From the NCBI RefSeq assembly GCF_023055435.1, contig NW_025963913.1:4836001-4900000 (forward strand): a DNA stretch of 64,000 nucleotides, read 5' to 3'. The notes under the pieces are model-generated. The model was given only the letters and a program-made list of their open reading frames with translations, was not told the origin of the DNA and did no database searches. Positions 1-28,165 of the stretch are shown piece after piece; position 1 is the first letter of the stretch; the number at the start of each line of letters is the position of its first letter. The DNA is from Haliotis rufescens. Its lineage: Eukaryota. The position numbers and the translations under genes are program-made.

Positions 1-2136
1 TTAGATCCAACATTAAATCAATGAAAATCGCTTGTCAAACAAATCATACAAACAAAAGAAAAAGTTAGCTGATTATAACACTTTAGGAGACATTCTTACA
101 GAAAAATTTGTTCTAAAATATCTATTTCATGTTTTTTTCTTATGAAAGCAATACACTATACATGTTTCAACATACAAAAAACATTTTCTCCTTTTAAATT
201 AGAATGAATGATGGTTTTGTGAAAAGAAACAAGATAAACAAATATGTTGATACAATCCACTTAAAGAAACCTATTTTATTATAGAAAATAATGTCCACAA
301 TAGTATTTTATCACCAACATACTTGTAATGAATAAGTATTATTCATAACTATAACACAGAAATAACCTGCATGACTGACCACATTCTACGCTCCTCTGTC
401 ACTGCTGAACTGAGAAGAAACCAATAGTGTCACTTTCACTACTCTATCACCGACAAAATGTTTCTGAATTAACAATGAATTTCTCAAGCTAAAGAAATTG
501 GCTGTCAATAAACTGCTGACAAGATAATTAGACCAAAACCAACTGATAAATAATTTGGATTTCTATTCATCATAAAATGTCAATCACATTTATTTGATTG
601 ACAAGGACACGTAACAGGGTGGTGCAATTAGAGAAAATGGATACACACAGAGTGCATAAGGAAATTAGAGTGTACGTATTGTTCCTCAAGAAGAAAGCTC
701 ATTTGATATGTAGGGTTAATCTAAACAGACTGTACCTGAAACTCACCTGTTTTAGTTCAATTAATCAAATTTTGATAAAGTTATTTAAACTTCAAAATAA
801 CTTATCCATATTGAAAGCAATCCTGAAACACTTTTAGAACTTAATAATTAAATATTAACAAGCCTAAGATTTGCGATGACTTGGCATGGACATCCATCCA
901 ATGAATAATTAGAGTTTCTGGTTGCTAAAATCAATTGCTGCCAAACACTTTTAAGTATATTAGCTCAAACAGGTTTTGTGACAACAATTTTAGTTTCTTT
1001 CAGTCTTAATCATGGACAATAATAATTATTAGCAGTGCTTACTTAAAAAAGAAATTTTGCAAAAGTCACAAACTGTGAATGAAATCAGACCTTATATATT
1101 TCACCACACAATGTAGAACATCCCTTGAAGAACCCTACACCTTCATAAAGAAATTGCTCCAAAATTACCAAAAGAAACAACCATTCTAGTTCTGCTGCAA
1201 TTTGCTGACTGTACAAAATTGGATGTCAATTAGTGCATACATATTTCAACAAAATCTATGTGAGCTAAAGAAGTAATTTAAAGGTATTATATTCTATTAT
1301 TCTGACATAATATGTACCATATTTATTCCCATAGGAGAATATATACACCTCTCCAAATAATAACTACTGACAAATATTTATGACAAACATACGCTGTGAA
1401 AACGCAAACAAAAAAAGAGAAAATGGATTTGTTTACTTACAGATGTTAGATAACTAACACCTATAAATTACTCCATAATCACATTAAACGATACGATGAA
1501 TAATTAAACGGTCCGTCTTGATTTCGTTGATCGATTTGCTAGTATCATGCCGTAGTGCGTGATTACCTTCAGGAGATACATTGAGAAGATGAAGCTTCAT
1601 GAATTATTTGCACATCCAATATGGCTGGTTTACATTAACAACAGTTACCATGCATGCTGCGCATGCTCAGATCGAGCATGGGGAATAACGTAAAATGTTA
1701 AATTTTGTGTTAAATAATATAAGTTGATATAAACATCTTTAAACCTTTTGGAGTATACCCAAATATTTTATTTCAGCACGAATGAAGAAGTTTTATCAAT
1801 CTGAATAATCCAAAACGTGTTTAACAACATTAAGTCCTGTTTTCGGCAAGATACAACTTTATACTATATTCGCAATCACTAATATTGTTAAGACGAGCAC
1901 AGAGATTAAATTGATTTCTGGTTTAGGTAAAGTACCATAGTAACCGTATGAAAATAATTCAAGGATAATAACATATATTAATGTAAAATAATGTGATATT
2001 TTTGTATAAAATGACTTTCCAAAGGAACACGAATTCTAATGTCAATAATAATTAGTAGTAAGTTGTACTATAAGTAGTACCCGGCTAAAAGCGTGTTTCT
2101 GTCTGCTCAAGTTTTAGTTTGTCGATGCTTGTGTGA

Positions 2137-10692
<8,556 letters not shown>

Positions 10693-11204
10693 ACGAGTGT
10701 TCCCACCATTCAGTCAACATGTACATAAACATTCAACCTTCGGCATTGTTCAGGCTTTTCATGAACATCATCAAACAGCTCATTCCATTATCAGTTCCGG
10801 TACTAGTGAATCCCCTAAATACGGTGATCTGATTGTTAGAGTGAACTATGAATTTCAGAACGTTTGAAATGTACACAACTTGTGTGTACTGGTATATATA
10901 TAAACTATGAAATCAGCTGGTGAACTGAACATTCGGAATCGTCTTTTCAAGATTGTCACATTTTCATTACAATAGAATTGTGAATACTATTTTCATCACT
11001 GTCGTCCTCATGATGTAGTATGACTACATACACAGGTTCAAGAAAACCAGCATTTGTATTGATCTGTTTCTCATTGATATTAAAATATGTATCTCTTGTA
11101 GTTCGGCAGTTTGTGTAGTGTATGGGTTATTGTGGAGGGCGTGATGGCTTACCCTGCAGAACAAGCTTGGCAACATAGCGGGCGACTTCATTAGAAACAA
11201 CCTC

Positions 11205-11652
11205 ATCTTCTCGAAGCAAGGGAGTTAACTGACACTAAAAGTTTCCACCCTGGCCAAATGTGACTCAATCATAGTACCACCAATCAGATTCCATCTCTCA
11301 TATCACTTGCATTTGCTTCAAACACAAGGGCGGCACCCAGTCAAGACGATCTGATTGATTATCAAGATATTTATTGTAATACAATTGGTCTTACCTCGTA
11401 AAGTACATCAAATCCCTTGAACCCCTTGATTAACAACGCCCAGTTTACGGTACACGTTTTGCAAATCCTGCAGTCGACCAAAATCTGCACAGCAGTCGCC
11501 ATATTGCTTACGAGCCCAATCTCCATTTCGATTTTGATTGGACTGTGCATAGAGTCGTTAGTCCAGCCAAAACATAACTCTATAATTCCAGCCTAGTTCG
11601 GCAAGGGTGGAAACTGGAATTTTATAGTCAGTTCTCTTGCCTCGGGACAAGT
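11205..11652. mobile_element. MITE family 1 copy between the RUVBL1 and SEC61A 3' ends
   Basis: Begins CATCTTCTCGAAGCAAGGGAGTTAACTGAC; internal and right end similar to 3030-3555. Confidence 0.8.
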
Positions 11653-12704
11653 GTGGGCTTCTTGGAACATACTCAGACCCTGGAGCTCCAAGAAGGGGTT
11701 TGTCAGTTTCCCTGGCATGTAAAGGATCTGATGGATAGCTAGTTGTGAAATGTCATATTCCCATCAGTCAATTCTGGCAATGATCAATGAAGGGAGACGG
11801 CCCTACTTACAGAGCCGAATACCCGACATGGTTCACAGTGATATCCCACTACAACCTATAGCAATCTCTACTTTCAATAGTTGTAGCTGACGGAGAGAGT
11901 GGGCCCAGTTTCACAAGGCAGTCTGCAATTCAGCACTATTTCAGCCACACTGGCACATCTACCTTCACATATTGTACCCATCACTGTCCATGCAGGGAAT
12001 TAAATCTGTATATGCCCAGAGCAACTTCTACTGAATGAACCTAAGTACCAACTCACCCCTCAAGAAACTGCCTCCATTGTGTAAATAGGCATCGAAGTTG
12101 CAATCAAATACAAAACAGTGAAGTCCAGTTTACACAAAGTTTTTTATTGTTATTTTTTCAACACTGAGGACTCGTGATACAGAATGTCTCTTTCATACCG
12201 ACCCAATCTAACAACATACGACACTTTCTTCAAAACAAAAGAAATGCTTCAGAAACTGAGACGCCTAAAATAAGTTTGCTTCATATAACAAATTCTTGAA
12301 CTACATTTTGATGTCACTATGCTCATGTAGTCCCTTCATTGTTGATAAAAATAATGTAATGAAGTCATGAGGCTACTTGCAAAGATGAACTTATAAACTT
12401 TCTCCATGACCACAGAGATTGTTCTTCAAATTTGTATCCATGTCATTATCTTAAAATCTTTTCCCCTCTACGTTATATTCCCTTATAAAATATCTTTGGC
12501 AAATAAATCATTAAAACAATCGAGCTGTGGTCATTTTCTACTTAACAGATTCCACCGAGATCTGTGGATTGCAAATGATATCTTAATAACTAATGACAAG
12601 GATTCATGTGACAAGAAATATATGTACAAATGCTGCAGATTCAAAAATAGCTGCAGAATAATAATAATAATATTAACATTAATTGTTTATCCGTATCCGA
12701 AAGT

Positions 12705-18304
<5,600 letters not shown>

Positions 18305-18615
18305 AGTTGGATGTTGCCACCGATCACTTTTGATGAACTTTAAAGATGTTTACAGACGCAAATTTTCTATATGAATGTCCGGGGACAGGCCACCTGCACA
18401 CAGAAGTATGGATGCGTCTCTTAAAAGAAAGGTCACGTGACGTGCTACGTGGGTTCTTTCAAATTTTATTGGTCGAACTATTTTGTTTTATGGTAGTCAC
18501 ACATGATTACTTCTGAAATGAGTATCTAATCTTATGCTTAGAGGTATATTTAATCTGTGTCTATTGTTTTCATAGCGGTAATTATGACGTCATGACCATT
18601 TCCACGGTAAACAAT
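18305..18615. promoter_or_regulatory. Bidirectional promoter region between SEC61A and the C2-domain gene
   Basis: ~310 bp between the SEC61A ATG and the first + strand exon; palindromic E-box GTCACGTGAC (18432-18441), reverse CCAAT (18468-18472), CRE TGACGTCA (18585-18592), YY1-like AATATGGCGG (~18613). Confidence 0.6.
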
Positions 18616-19280
18616 ATGGCGGAGCGGGCACCTGCCAAGGAGCGATAGGGCCTCGGGAAACAAGTTGACACTATTATTTACAGACTTGGTAATTGATATA
18701 CTTGACTAACTTTACTGTGTTTTTACTTATTCAAGCAGCGGAAAATATTTGCTGTTAGCTATAGAATTAAGTAAATCACAGTTTGTTTTTTATGACTGAT
18801 TATAGATCTACGGCGACGTCGTAGGCCGTAAGTCTACCATAACATACTTTGTTACCCATGTCAGCAAAAGGTTTTGATAACAAACGTAATTTTCCCAAAC
18901 AACACGTAAATATCTCAAAACAGCAGTGATTTATGTCCCAAAAACTGAATGTGGGATAGCATCTATGGCATGTGTCTTGTACTAATTTTAAATTTCATAA
19001 CATAATGTGTAATCGCTGCATGGTTACACGAGATTAAATGCTTTAATTTTGTACAGTGCTACTAAATTATATGCAAACATATCTGAATAAATTCCATCTA
19101 CTCTAAAAAGCATGTTGTTTCAGATGTCATTATGGTTGTGCATATACAATTAAATATGTAGCTTTTAATGTATATTCATATTTGAATATATGAATCTATA
19201 TATCTAATTCTGTTAATATTGGTAAATATTACTGAAATAATTCTATCTTTTCATTTTAATGGCAGTCTCAAGACGTTACA

Positions 19281-22200
19281 ATGGGAGCAAGTCAGTCACA
19301 TGATCAGCTGATGCCAGAAGAGAGGAAGCTAAGACAGGACCCTGAAAAAATAGCAAGAATTGCTCGGTATCTCTCTGCTAGACAAGGAACTCAGAAAAGT
19401 TTAGTTAGTGCAGAAGAATTCAGTCAGCATGAACAAGATAAGGTACACGCCATGCCAGGGAATCTTTTCCTGTCAAACATATACCCTATCAAATGATGCA
19501 TGTAATTTATACTGAAACACTATTAAACCATAGTTTTCACATTGTGTCATATATTGTGCTGATCATGTTGATTCGTTATTTCAGTTGGAGCTTTGAATAA
19601 TAAAAAAAGTGTTTTACATATGGCAGTAGAAATATGTCAGGTCAGTTTACACTTCAATCATGTTATGGGAGAAGGGCTCTCTTCCTGTGTGCTCATACAT
19701 TATCAGTTGTCAGCAATACCTGTACTTTGACTCATTAGCTTGTAGACAATGTGAATATCACCAAACAATTGTTTGAAAGTGTGGCCACTCCTGAGAAAGA
19801 TTACCAATATTCCATATCAGCATATAGAAAATGGTACATGCAGTTATGCTGAATTATCTCCCATTTTGGACTAGCGAGCAGCCAATTTTCATTTTCAGCA
19901 AAGTATGAAGATTCTGAAAGGGATTTACAAGAGGCTGGATCCCACTATCATGAAATCTACATTGGATGTGAATGGGGAAGTGCAGCTGTCATTCAAGTAT
20001 GACTTAAATCGGGACCTATTGCTTGTCAAGGTCATCCGGTGCAGGGAGTTGAGGAACAGGGATGTCCGATCCAAAGCCTCTGATCCATATATCAGAGTAT
20101 GTGTGTTGTTTCTGTATCTCTGGTTTAGGGGATCACATGCATGCATTTTATTTAATTCAGTACATGATATGAATAAATATAGATCCATATAAATCATATA
20201 GATTTGATTAAAAGCATGGGTTTTAATAGACTGAAGACAGTTTGAAGAAGTCACGATGAAGATGTACATGTACATAAGTTGTACACACGAACATTAGTGC
20301 ATACATTTGCTGCCTTATATTCGTATGATCTGTTTATTGAACATTCCCCTGCATGGCTTATCATCCTACAAAGACTTACTGTTGTCATTGAAAGGAAATA
20401 TGATGAAGGAAAATAAAATCTGAGAGTTATTATTAGAATCAGGTATTGCTTGATTATAGTACACAGTATCTGTCGCCATTTGTAATTCCAGCTGGCAATA
20501 ATCCCTGACAGTCGGGGACAGGGAGCAAAGACCACTCAGATTGTTGTAGAGACGAACGAGCCCGTGTTCAACGAGATATTCGCGTTTACAAAGACAGAAC
20601 TTGAGCTTCTGGATTCCAAGTTGATCGTCCAGGTCTGGGACTACGACGTGTCTAACCGAGATGACTTCCTGGGGGAGGTGATCATTGACATGACAACATT
20701 CAACTTCAAGGAGGAACCAGTGCATACGGCCTGGTATACACTCAAAATGGAGGTACGGTTGGTTACATTGGTCTTATGGATAAAAATGCATGGTCATATA
20801 TTTAATGTGTTTGTATATCTTTTAGGAGATATAAAGGCACAACAATAGGCATGGTTTAGATAAAGATTTGGTCTGTTTGCCTCTGCTCTTACTGATTTGG
20901 TTAGTCAAGTAGCCCAGTGTATAATGTGTTCAACTGACATGCCTAATATCTTGTTTGATTCCCTTAAAATATTTGATGCCTTTTGCCTGTCATGATGTTG
21001 CAAAAAGCTATATAAGTGGCGTACAACCTCACTCACTTTCTCCCTGATCTTTGTTTCATTCATTACATATGCAGAATATTTCACGTCTCCTTTTTCTCTT
21101 GATATTGACTTTTTTCTTGACTTTAAATGTATCAGTACAACAATTAACAGTTGGAAAGCTTTGTACAGGCTTGAAAAGGCCTTGAATTTTTAAGGTTCCT
21201 CCTGAAAAGCCTTGATTAATTTTGTCAACCTTAAAAAGCCTTGAAAATAAACAAAATAACATGAAAAGCTTTGAATTTGTGCAAAGTGACATATGCATGT
21301 ACTTGTAGATAAAACTTTAAGTTTGATTTATCACAATGAAAGATTTGTGTGCCAAAGACCATGAAGAATTCATGACAGGCATAATTTATTTTTGTTGTTG
21401 GTTGTGACACAATAAATCTTGTTGAAAAAATTGTGATGTTCATACTGCATTTTAGATCTTATGACTAATATATACAGTAGTAGGCTGGATTTTAATAAAC
21501 TATTGACTGACTAAGGCTTATATCTCCACTAAAAAAGCCTTGAAAATGCCACTTGATAGCCTTGAATTTTAGTGTTCCACATCTGTATGAACCTTGGTTA
21601 AATATCATTGCCAACTAGTGCCACCTGTATGAGTTGACTTTCTGTCGGTGTTCAGACTGACCTCAGCATCAGTGGGGAGATGGACATCAGCATGGCGTTC
21701 CAGGCTCCGGACCACCTGTACGTGACGGTCCACGGGGCGACTAACCTCTCCCCCAGGGATGACAGCACCCTCGCTGAACCCTTTGTTAAAGTCAGTGTCC
21801 CTGGTGTGGGAATGGTCTGCAAATCTGAGGTGAGACATGGGATGTCTGAAGGAAGTGACAAGATTTAGATGTGAAACCCATTCAGATGGGTTCGTTAAGA
21901 CTCGATTGACGACATAGCAAATATATCTCTTGAGCATTTATTTATTATCTTTTGAAATTGGACTAAAATTTGAATTTCTGGTGGTTCATGTGGTGTTGTG
22001 ACATGGCATGTTTCTATTGGTATTGTTATGGCAATCATAAATATCATTAGCAGTCAAGTCACTATAAGCAGAGATAAGAGTTGTCTACCCTTGATCAAGG
22101 TTTTAATGATGCAGTTTGACAAACAGCAGTGTTGTTATCCTTACAACATTGAATATCAGTTTTGTTGCTTGTGGAATGGCATGCTTAAACAATAAGACAC

Positions 22201-25008
22201 AAAGTGTTTTGTTTTAGCTCTTAAGTTTAAGACTGAACATCCTATATTTTCTGATTGAAAATCTATTTGCAAAGAGATGTTCGTTATGAAAAGTACATAT
22301 CAGGATTAGTGATTTCTGTATGATGACATTAGGATGCCAAAGTGCCTTTGCAAATAGGTGAATTTTATCTTTCAGGTGCAAAAAAATACTCTGAATCCAG
22401 TATGGGAAGAGACTTTTGACTTTCAAGTGCCATATGAAGAATTGTCATTCAGGTACACACATCGTCAGTCTCATTCTAGCTGTCACAGATTTATGGCAGC
22501 TGATTTTGAATTGAAATTTTATTTCATACTGATAATTTGTGCAATCAACTCCTGTGCAAAGTTCTGGTTTTGTAAATGGATTGATGACAGTTTCAATTGT
22601 TGTCAACATTTTTGTGTGAAAGAACTTTTGATAGTTTCTGTAGATGTCATCATTCTGTTATGATGACAAATAACTCGGTGAGAGTCCTTTATATGATGGT
22701 ACATGCACATGAAAGTTTGTGGACATGTCAGTCAGTACGATACAGTCAGAACGTGACAGCTTATAGAACATGACTATACAACTTTGTCTTTTGGCTCTTC
22801 CCGAACGCGCTTTACTTATCTATGGATGTTAGAAATGTGTGTAATGACTCATTACACCAGATGCCAGGTGTTATCAATTGCTATGGATAAAAACATGGTT
22901 TGTTGCAAGCAGCTGCACTTTTCATTATCAACATGTTATGAAGGGGGATATTATGTCTGTTTATGCTTGATGTTGAGACCCAATGCAAGATGCTCTTCTC
23001 TGTACAGATACGTTGTGCTCCATGTGATCGACGAGAGCCAACAGGAAGGTAATGAATCTCTGGGACAAGTTATCCTTGACCTTGACCTCCTGGATCCAGA
23101 ACAAGGCTACCATGGGACACACAAGCTTGCAGATCTGGTATGCATAGTTGAACTGGAATGTGTCTGTGATGTCACTGTGATCTATCAGTAAGTTTCGTTG
23201 ATAAGACAATACTGTGTCTGTGTTACTGCTCGTACAGATATCAACCCCTATTGTGGATTCCAGGTTAGAATAGGTCCCCCTGTGCTTGTCCTACAACTAA
23301 TTGGATCTGGTGATCAGGCTTGGTAACCTGGTAAACTGCCATTATTGTATCCTGATGGCTTGGGACTCCACTCCTGTGAATTTATGGTATATCTGGTGCG
23401 GGCTCAATTATTTACTGTCCCTGTCCTATGACTGAAATATTGCTTAGTGTGGTATTAATTAGCAAACAAAGAAGAAGATACCAAGACCAATATATTGTCA
23501 ATGTAGGCTAAATCATGAATTTCAGAAAAACAGTGAGCGTATCCGGAACAAGTGGTCCCAGAGCATGATTGGCCAGGAGTTCCGAGAGTCCTTCCAGGCG
23601 CACGCCTCCATCCGACACCCCAACTTCCTGTTCCAGCAGCAGTCCGGGAAGAAGGTGCGTCCCCAGTACTCGGGGCTACAGTGACACTTGGTGGACTGTA
23701 GGCCAAGGGATCCCAACATGGGCTGTAACGATATACTCTAGTGCAATATGATACGTGTCTTGATAGTAGGCCACAGGTTACAGTACTTGAACTCGACACA
23801 TGACATGTTAAGGAAACATTTTCATTATGAATAGATATGAAAATATGAATCTAAAACATATTAGCTTGAGAGTTGTTATACATACAACAGAAAATAGCAC
23901 AGTAGAATGTGGATATATTGAACCACAGTTTGTTACATACATTGTTCGTTATACATGTATATGTTTTCTCTCATAAATGCCTGTCATGTTGGATAAGACA
24001 AAACTCAGTAATTGCAGCATTGGCGATAATCCCATGGTCCATTGACTTGATCTTAGATGTTGTGTTGGGTGGTAGAAACACAACTTTAATGTTCGTGAGA
24101 TGAGGCGCATTTGTGTGCACAGGTAGTTGTCAAGGTTTAACAAGGTCGATTCGTCACCACTGATTTTTTTATTTGTCGCGATTTTGTTGATTTGCTGAAT
24201 GTGTATGGCCAGTTGTAAATGAAACTTGAGACTGAGTGAAATTTCTGTTTGCTATACACGTCACTAATTAGTGGTATTTGGGCTTGTTGGGGATCAGATA
24301 TCAGGTCGCTATATATGTTAGAGAGTTGGTTATGTACATACATTTTATATGATAATATATAGGAGATAAATCAGGGATTGTGTAACAGTTTGTTGTATAT
24401 GTTTGTTCGCTCTATCAGTGTTCGTTCTATCAGTGTTCCATTCCATGTATCACCTGTATATACTTGCATCGTTTTGTAATGGTACATGACCAACTGATAC
24501 AGTACTCTTCTCATGGCACAGAGGATCATGACGGACCAACTATACAGTGAATAGTTGCGCCTTTAATCCCTCCATGTTTCCAAATCTCGGAGAACAAAAA
24601 TCGTGGTTGTTGAAATAAATAGTGATATACCCCTTGATTTCATGGGCTATTGTGATTTACGAAAGTTCATGGTTTGTGTGCATTATCCCAAATGTAACTT
24701 TATAATTATGAGGGGTCAGTTTATGACGGAAGATAAGTCGTTTCCAGAATACAACTATTCAAATACACACAAAACTAGATTTTACTAGAGATTGCGTTAT
24801 TGAATATTTTCATAAATAGCTTCTGCTTGTTGTGTCAATCATTGTAAAATTTGCAGGTAATAGATCTGTATCATGTGAAATATGACGTGATGTTAACAGG
24901 AAAGTATATGACATGTATTCATGTATATTTCAGGTGATCAGCGTCAGCTGCCGTAAGGCCCGGAGTCACGCCAAGATCAGGATAGTTGATGGCATTGCCG
25001 TCAACTAA
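19281..25008 (+). CDS. Tandem C2-domain (synaptotagmin-like) protein with an N-terminal myristoylation motif, 8 coding exons, 401 aa
   Basis: Exons 19281-19442, 19899-20096, 20492-20752, 21656-21829, 22376-22452, 23008-23137, 23526-23654, 24934-25008; sum 1206 nt. C2A: GEVQLSFKY..LLVKVIRCREL..SDPYIR..EPVFNEIFAF..VQVWDYDVSNRDDFLGEV. C2B: LYVTVHGATNL..EPFVKV..NTLNPVWEETFDF. Probable non-coding first exon ~18600-18688. Confidence 0.9.
23250..23455 (+). mobile_element. SINE-like family D, old degenerate copy
   Basis: GGTTAGAATAGGTC...TGCTTGTC...ACTAA head and GAAATATTGCTTAGTGTGGTATTAA tail. Confidence 0.5.
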
Positions 25009-25769
25009 ACAGACGGGATAGCATCCTCGTCAACTAAACACACTTACTGGCATCCTTAACGAGACTCAACTTCAATTCTGTATTTGGTTGATGTAAAGTA
25101 GATAATGAAAACACAAACTTTCGAACCTGCAACCAATAACCATATCAGCATTATGTTTCAATGTAATGTTTACACACTCAAATTTGGACAGTGGACGTAT
25201 CTATGTTTCGATACTGTTGATCATTATGTAACAATTTTACAATTTATGTTGTTTGATACAATCTTTGTTTTTCCATTCATTTAAGATGTATTGGCTGTTT
25301 GTATTTGATACAATGTTTATACTTTGACCTGTATACAGTGTATACATGAGGGATATGGTGTTTCTTACCATTCAACGACTCTATGGTACTAGCACTCTGT
25401 GATACACACAATCTAGCATTAGAGCAAATAGTTTTTCCATGTTTGACATCGCCAGATATACCATTTGTACTGCTGCTCCAAAGAAAAGTTTCTTTATATA
25501 CCTGCTGATCCAAACATACAACTGGTCTTGCCTTGGGGAAACACTCACTAGAAAAGATATACCGGTCCTTAAATAAATCTTCATGTGTCTTTGAAATGAA
25601 GACAACAGCTCAAGTGTTCTGCTTGCCCAGTTAAATGTGAAGAGCATTTAGGGATCATTGGGAGAAATTGGCCTCATGTCTTATGTCAGTTTTTTAACCT
25701 TTTGTAAACAAAAAAATAGAAAATGGTGAGAGAACAGTTAATTGGCTTCCTTGTGCTGTGCGGTGTTGC

Positions 25770-25955
25770 AACTGATAGGCACACCAGGAACCTATGATCA
25801 GGGGTTCGAATCCCGGCTTGCCCTGATTATGTTTCTAGGTTTGTCAGGTGGTAAGCATCTAGGACCTGCATCACTTAAGACTTTCCCACATCAAGCTCAT
25901 ATGTAGTCATATACCTTAACTATTGTTCAAAGTGACGGCAAACAAAACTCACTTA
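25770..25955 (+). mobile_element. SINE family A, degenerate
   Basis: AACCTATGATCAGGGGTTCGAATCCCGG...TTTCTAGGTTTGTCAG...GACCTGCATCAC matches family A. Confidence 0.7.
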
Positions 25956-28165
25956 CTTTTGTATGTAAATGTTTTGATCCTTAAAATTTGTCTGAAGATT
26001 CTTGGAACGCCCAAAGAGAAGATAATTATTACTTTGAAGTTTTATTGTCTATTTATTGATTTTTATTTGGTGCAATTAATTGTGGTATTGCAATATGGAC
26101 CATTTTGAGAGAAGACATTAATATGAATTGGTTACTGTTGACCAGTTACACTGGCATAATTGTCTTATAGTTTTGTTTATTTATGAATGACAAATATACA
26201 TGTAAAGAAATACACCTAGGGCAGGACCCTTCACACTCTTCACTATTGTTTATTCTTGAAATGTGGTAGGCTACTTTAAGTATGCTTGTTACTGTCATTA
26301 TTTTAACACATTTATAATATATTTACAGTGTACTTGTCAGTTGGAATGAAAAGCATTTGTTTTAAGGTAATCGTGTGTTAGATTCATCAGTCTACTGATG
26401 TTTCTTCATTTCTTTATGGCTTGTATTCCTCATATTAATAAGTAACAATTTATTACTAAACTGATATGGTAAATAAAAATATATTTTTCTTATTGATACA
26501 CTAATTTACATCAAAACTGCATGTGTTTAAGACATATATTTGCCATGTAAGCAAAAATGTTTCTAATCAAAACAAAATGCATTTGTGTTTGTTAAATCTT
26601 TAAAGATTTGCATCCGTCCAATATTTACATTTTATACAGAATAAATACTTGTTATATTTATGCCATATTTCATTTTTCTTTTATTTGCAAAACAGGAGAC
26701 AACGATAAACCAATCAAAAGTTCTTAAACGAGCAATGGTAAATTCAGGTAATTGACTACACTAGAAGTGCAAGCAGTACTTTGATGTCAGTGGAGGTCAT
26801 ACATTTTGTAACACACTGTCAACAGGAATGTGAAACTTTAATGGAAGTCTGATAGTGATCTGAGATGTACGTATAATGTATGTCAAGTGAAGTTACAGTA
26901 TTCACTTCTGCTGTAGGTCACGCTGTCATAACTGAAGCACCGCTACGAAGCTTGTGAATACAACCTCTTCCAGGTTTAATATTTATGATGCGGTGTGTCA
27001 ACAGCGAGTTGGGGGACAGCAAACAGACAGGTAACTCTGTAGGGGGGGCTGTCACCTTCAACGTGTCGTCTGCAACCGGTCCGCCATGTTGACATCTGTT
27101 GCAGACACGTGCGACCTTGCCGAGATCATGCGATACTCTTCTAACAAACGTAATTATCATGGAGCGATGGAAATTAACGGCAACAGGCTGAAGTCATAAG
27201 TTTTTATCAGTAGAATGCTCCACTAGTTAATTAATGTTACAGGGATATATAGAAAAAAATATTCACACTATATCTGGCGCTATGATTGACAATGAAATGA
27301 CTTATTTAAAAGGAATAGTTGAAACGAAGTAATTTTGATGATGTGTTGTTGTACAGACAATCAGATTAGTCTGCAGTACTGTAATATAACAGGGATTGTC
27401 TAATGGTCATTGCCCTATATTTCATGTGTATCAAAGTATGTGGTTAAATTAAGACATGAAACGTTACGTTCTTCCATCAAACGATATTTGGCAATTTTAT
27501 TGCACAATACTAATTACATAAAACCATCCTGATCCGCCCTTGTGGAGGTGCACAGATCACAGTCACCATTCATCTTCGGTCCACAAAAGACATTTAAAAC
27601 AATGCATTGAGATGCGTCATATATTCTGGAGCTACCTCATTAATCACTCGCCACCTGGAGTTTTATATACCATATATTCCCAAGTACCCTCGGGAAACTT
27701 GCCTTTATTTACAACTCTCGCCGTATGGCATTTACACGATTAGGTAACTTTCGATAAGCCCGGCTTTAATTTCAGTGGTGACAATGTCGGTGTTCTTTTA
27801 CTATCCCAGTTTCACCAAGGTGGCCAGTCGAGCTGTCCCTTCACGCCCCGGGCACTGTCATATTTCTTTCTGCTACTGTGAGTCACGGTGAAGCACAAAC
27901 CCAGCCTACGTGATACTGTCGTATTCAGCTTACTTGAGGAACACATGGAATGCCCGGAGGTGAACATGTATCACTCTGGTTTATACACTGTGGTGTGTGC
28001 ATCGAAGTCGGGATTCACTCAAGGAAATCTACACAACGAAGGCTTATCCTCTTATTGCAAGTGAACTGCGGTAGTACACTAAATCTGGATATATAGCGGT
28101 TTGGGAGTCATAGTTCGCAAGTGCACTTAACTGCGATAATGTATACTCGGCATGTCGTTTCTTGT

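Noticed and set aside
1-2100. EEFSEC head-to-head with RUVBL1 as in vertebrates
   Set aside because: No GTPase N-terminal motif (GHxDxGKT) found on the minus strand.
18448-18472. Canonical ERSE in the SEC61A promoter
   Set aside because: CCAAT to CCACG spacing is 15 nt, not the required 9.
27490-28050. Possible coding segment on the minus strand
   Set aside because: Frames are short, with no recognisable motif or convincing splice pattern.
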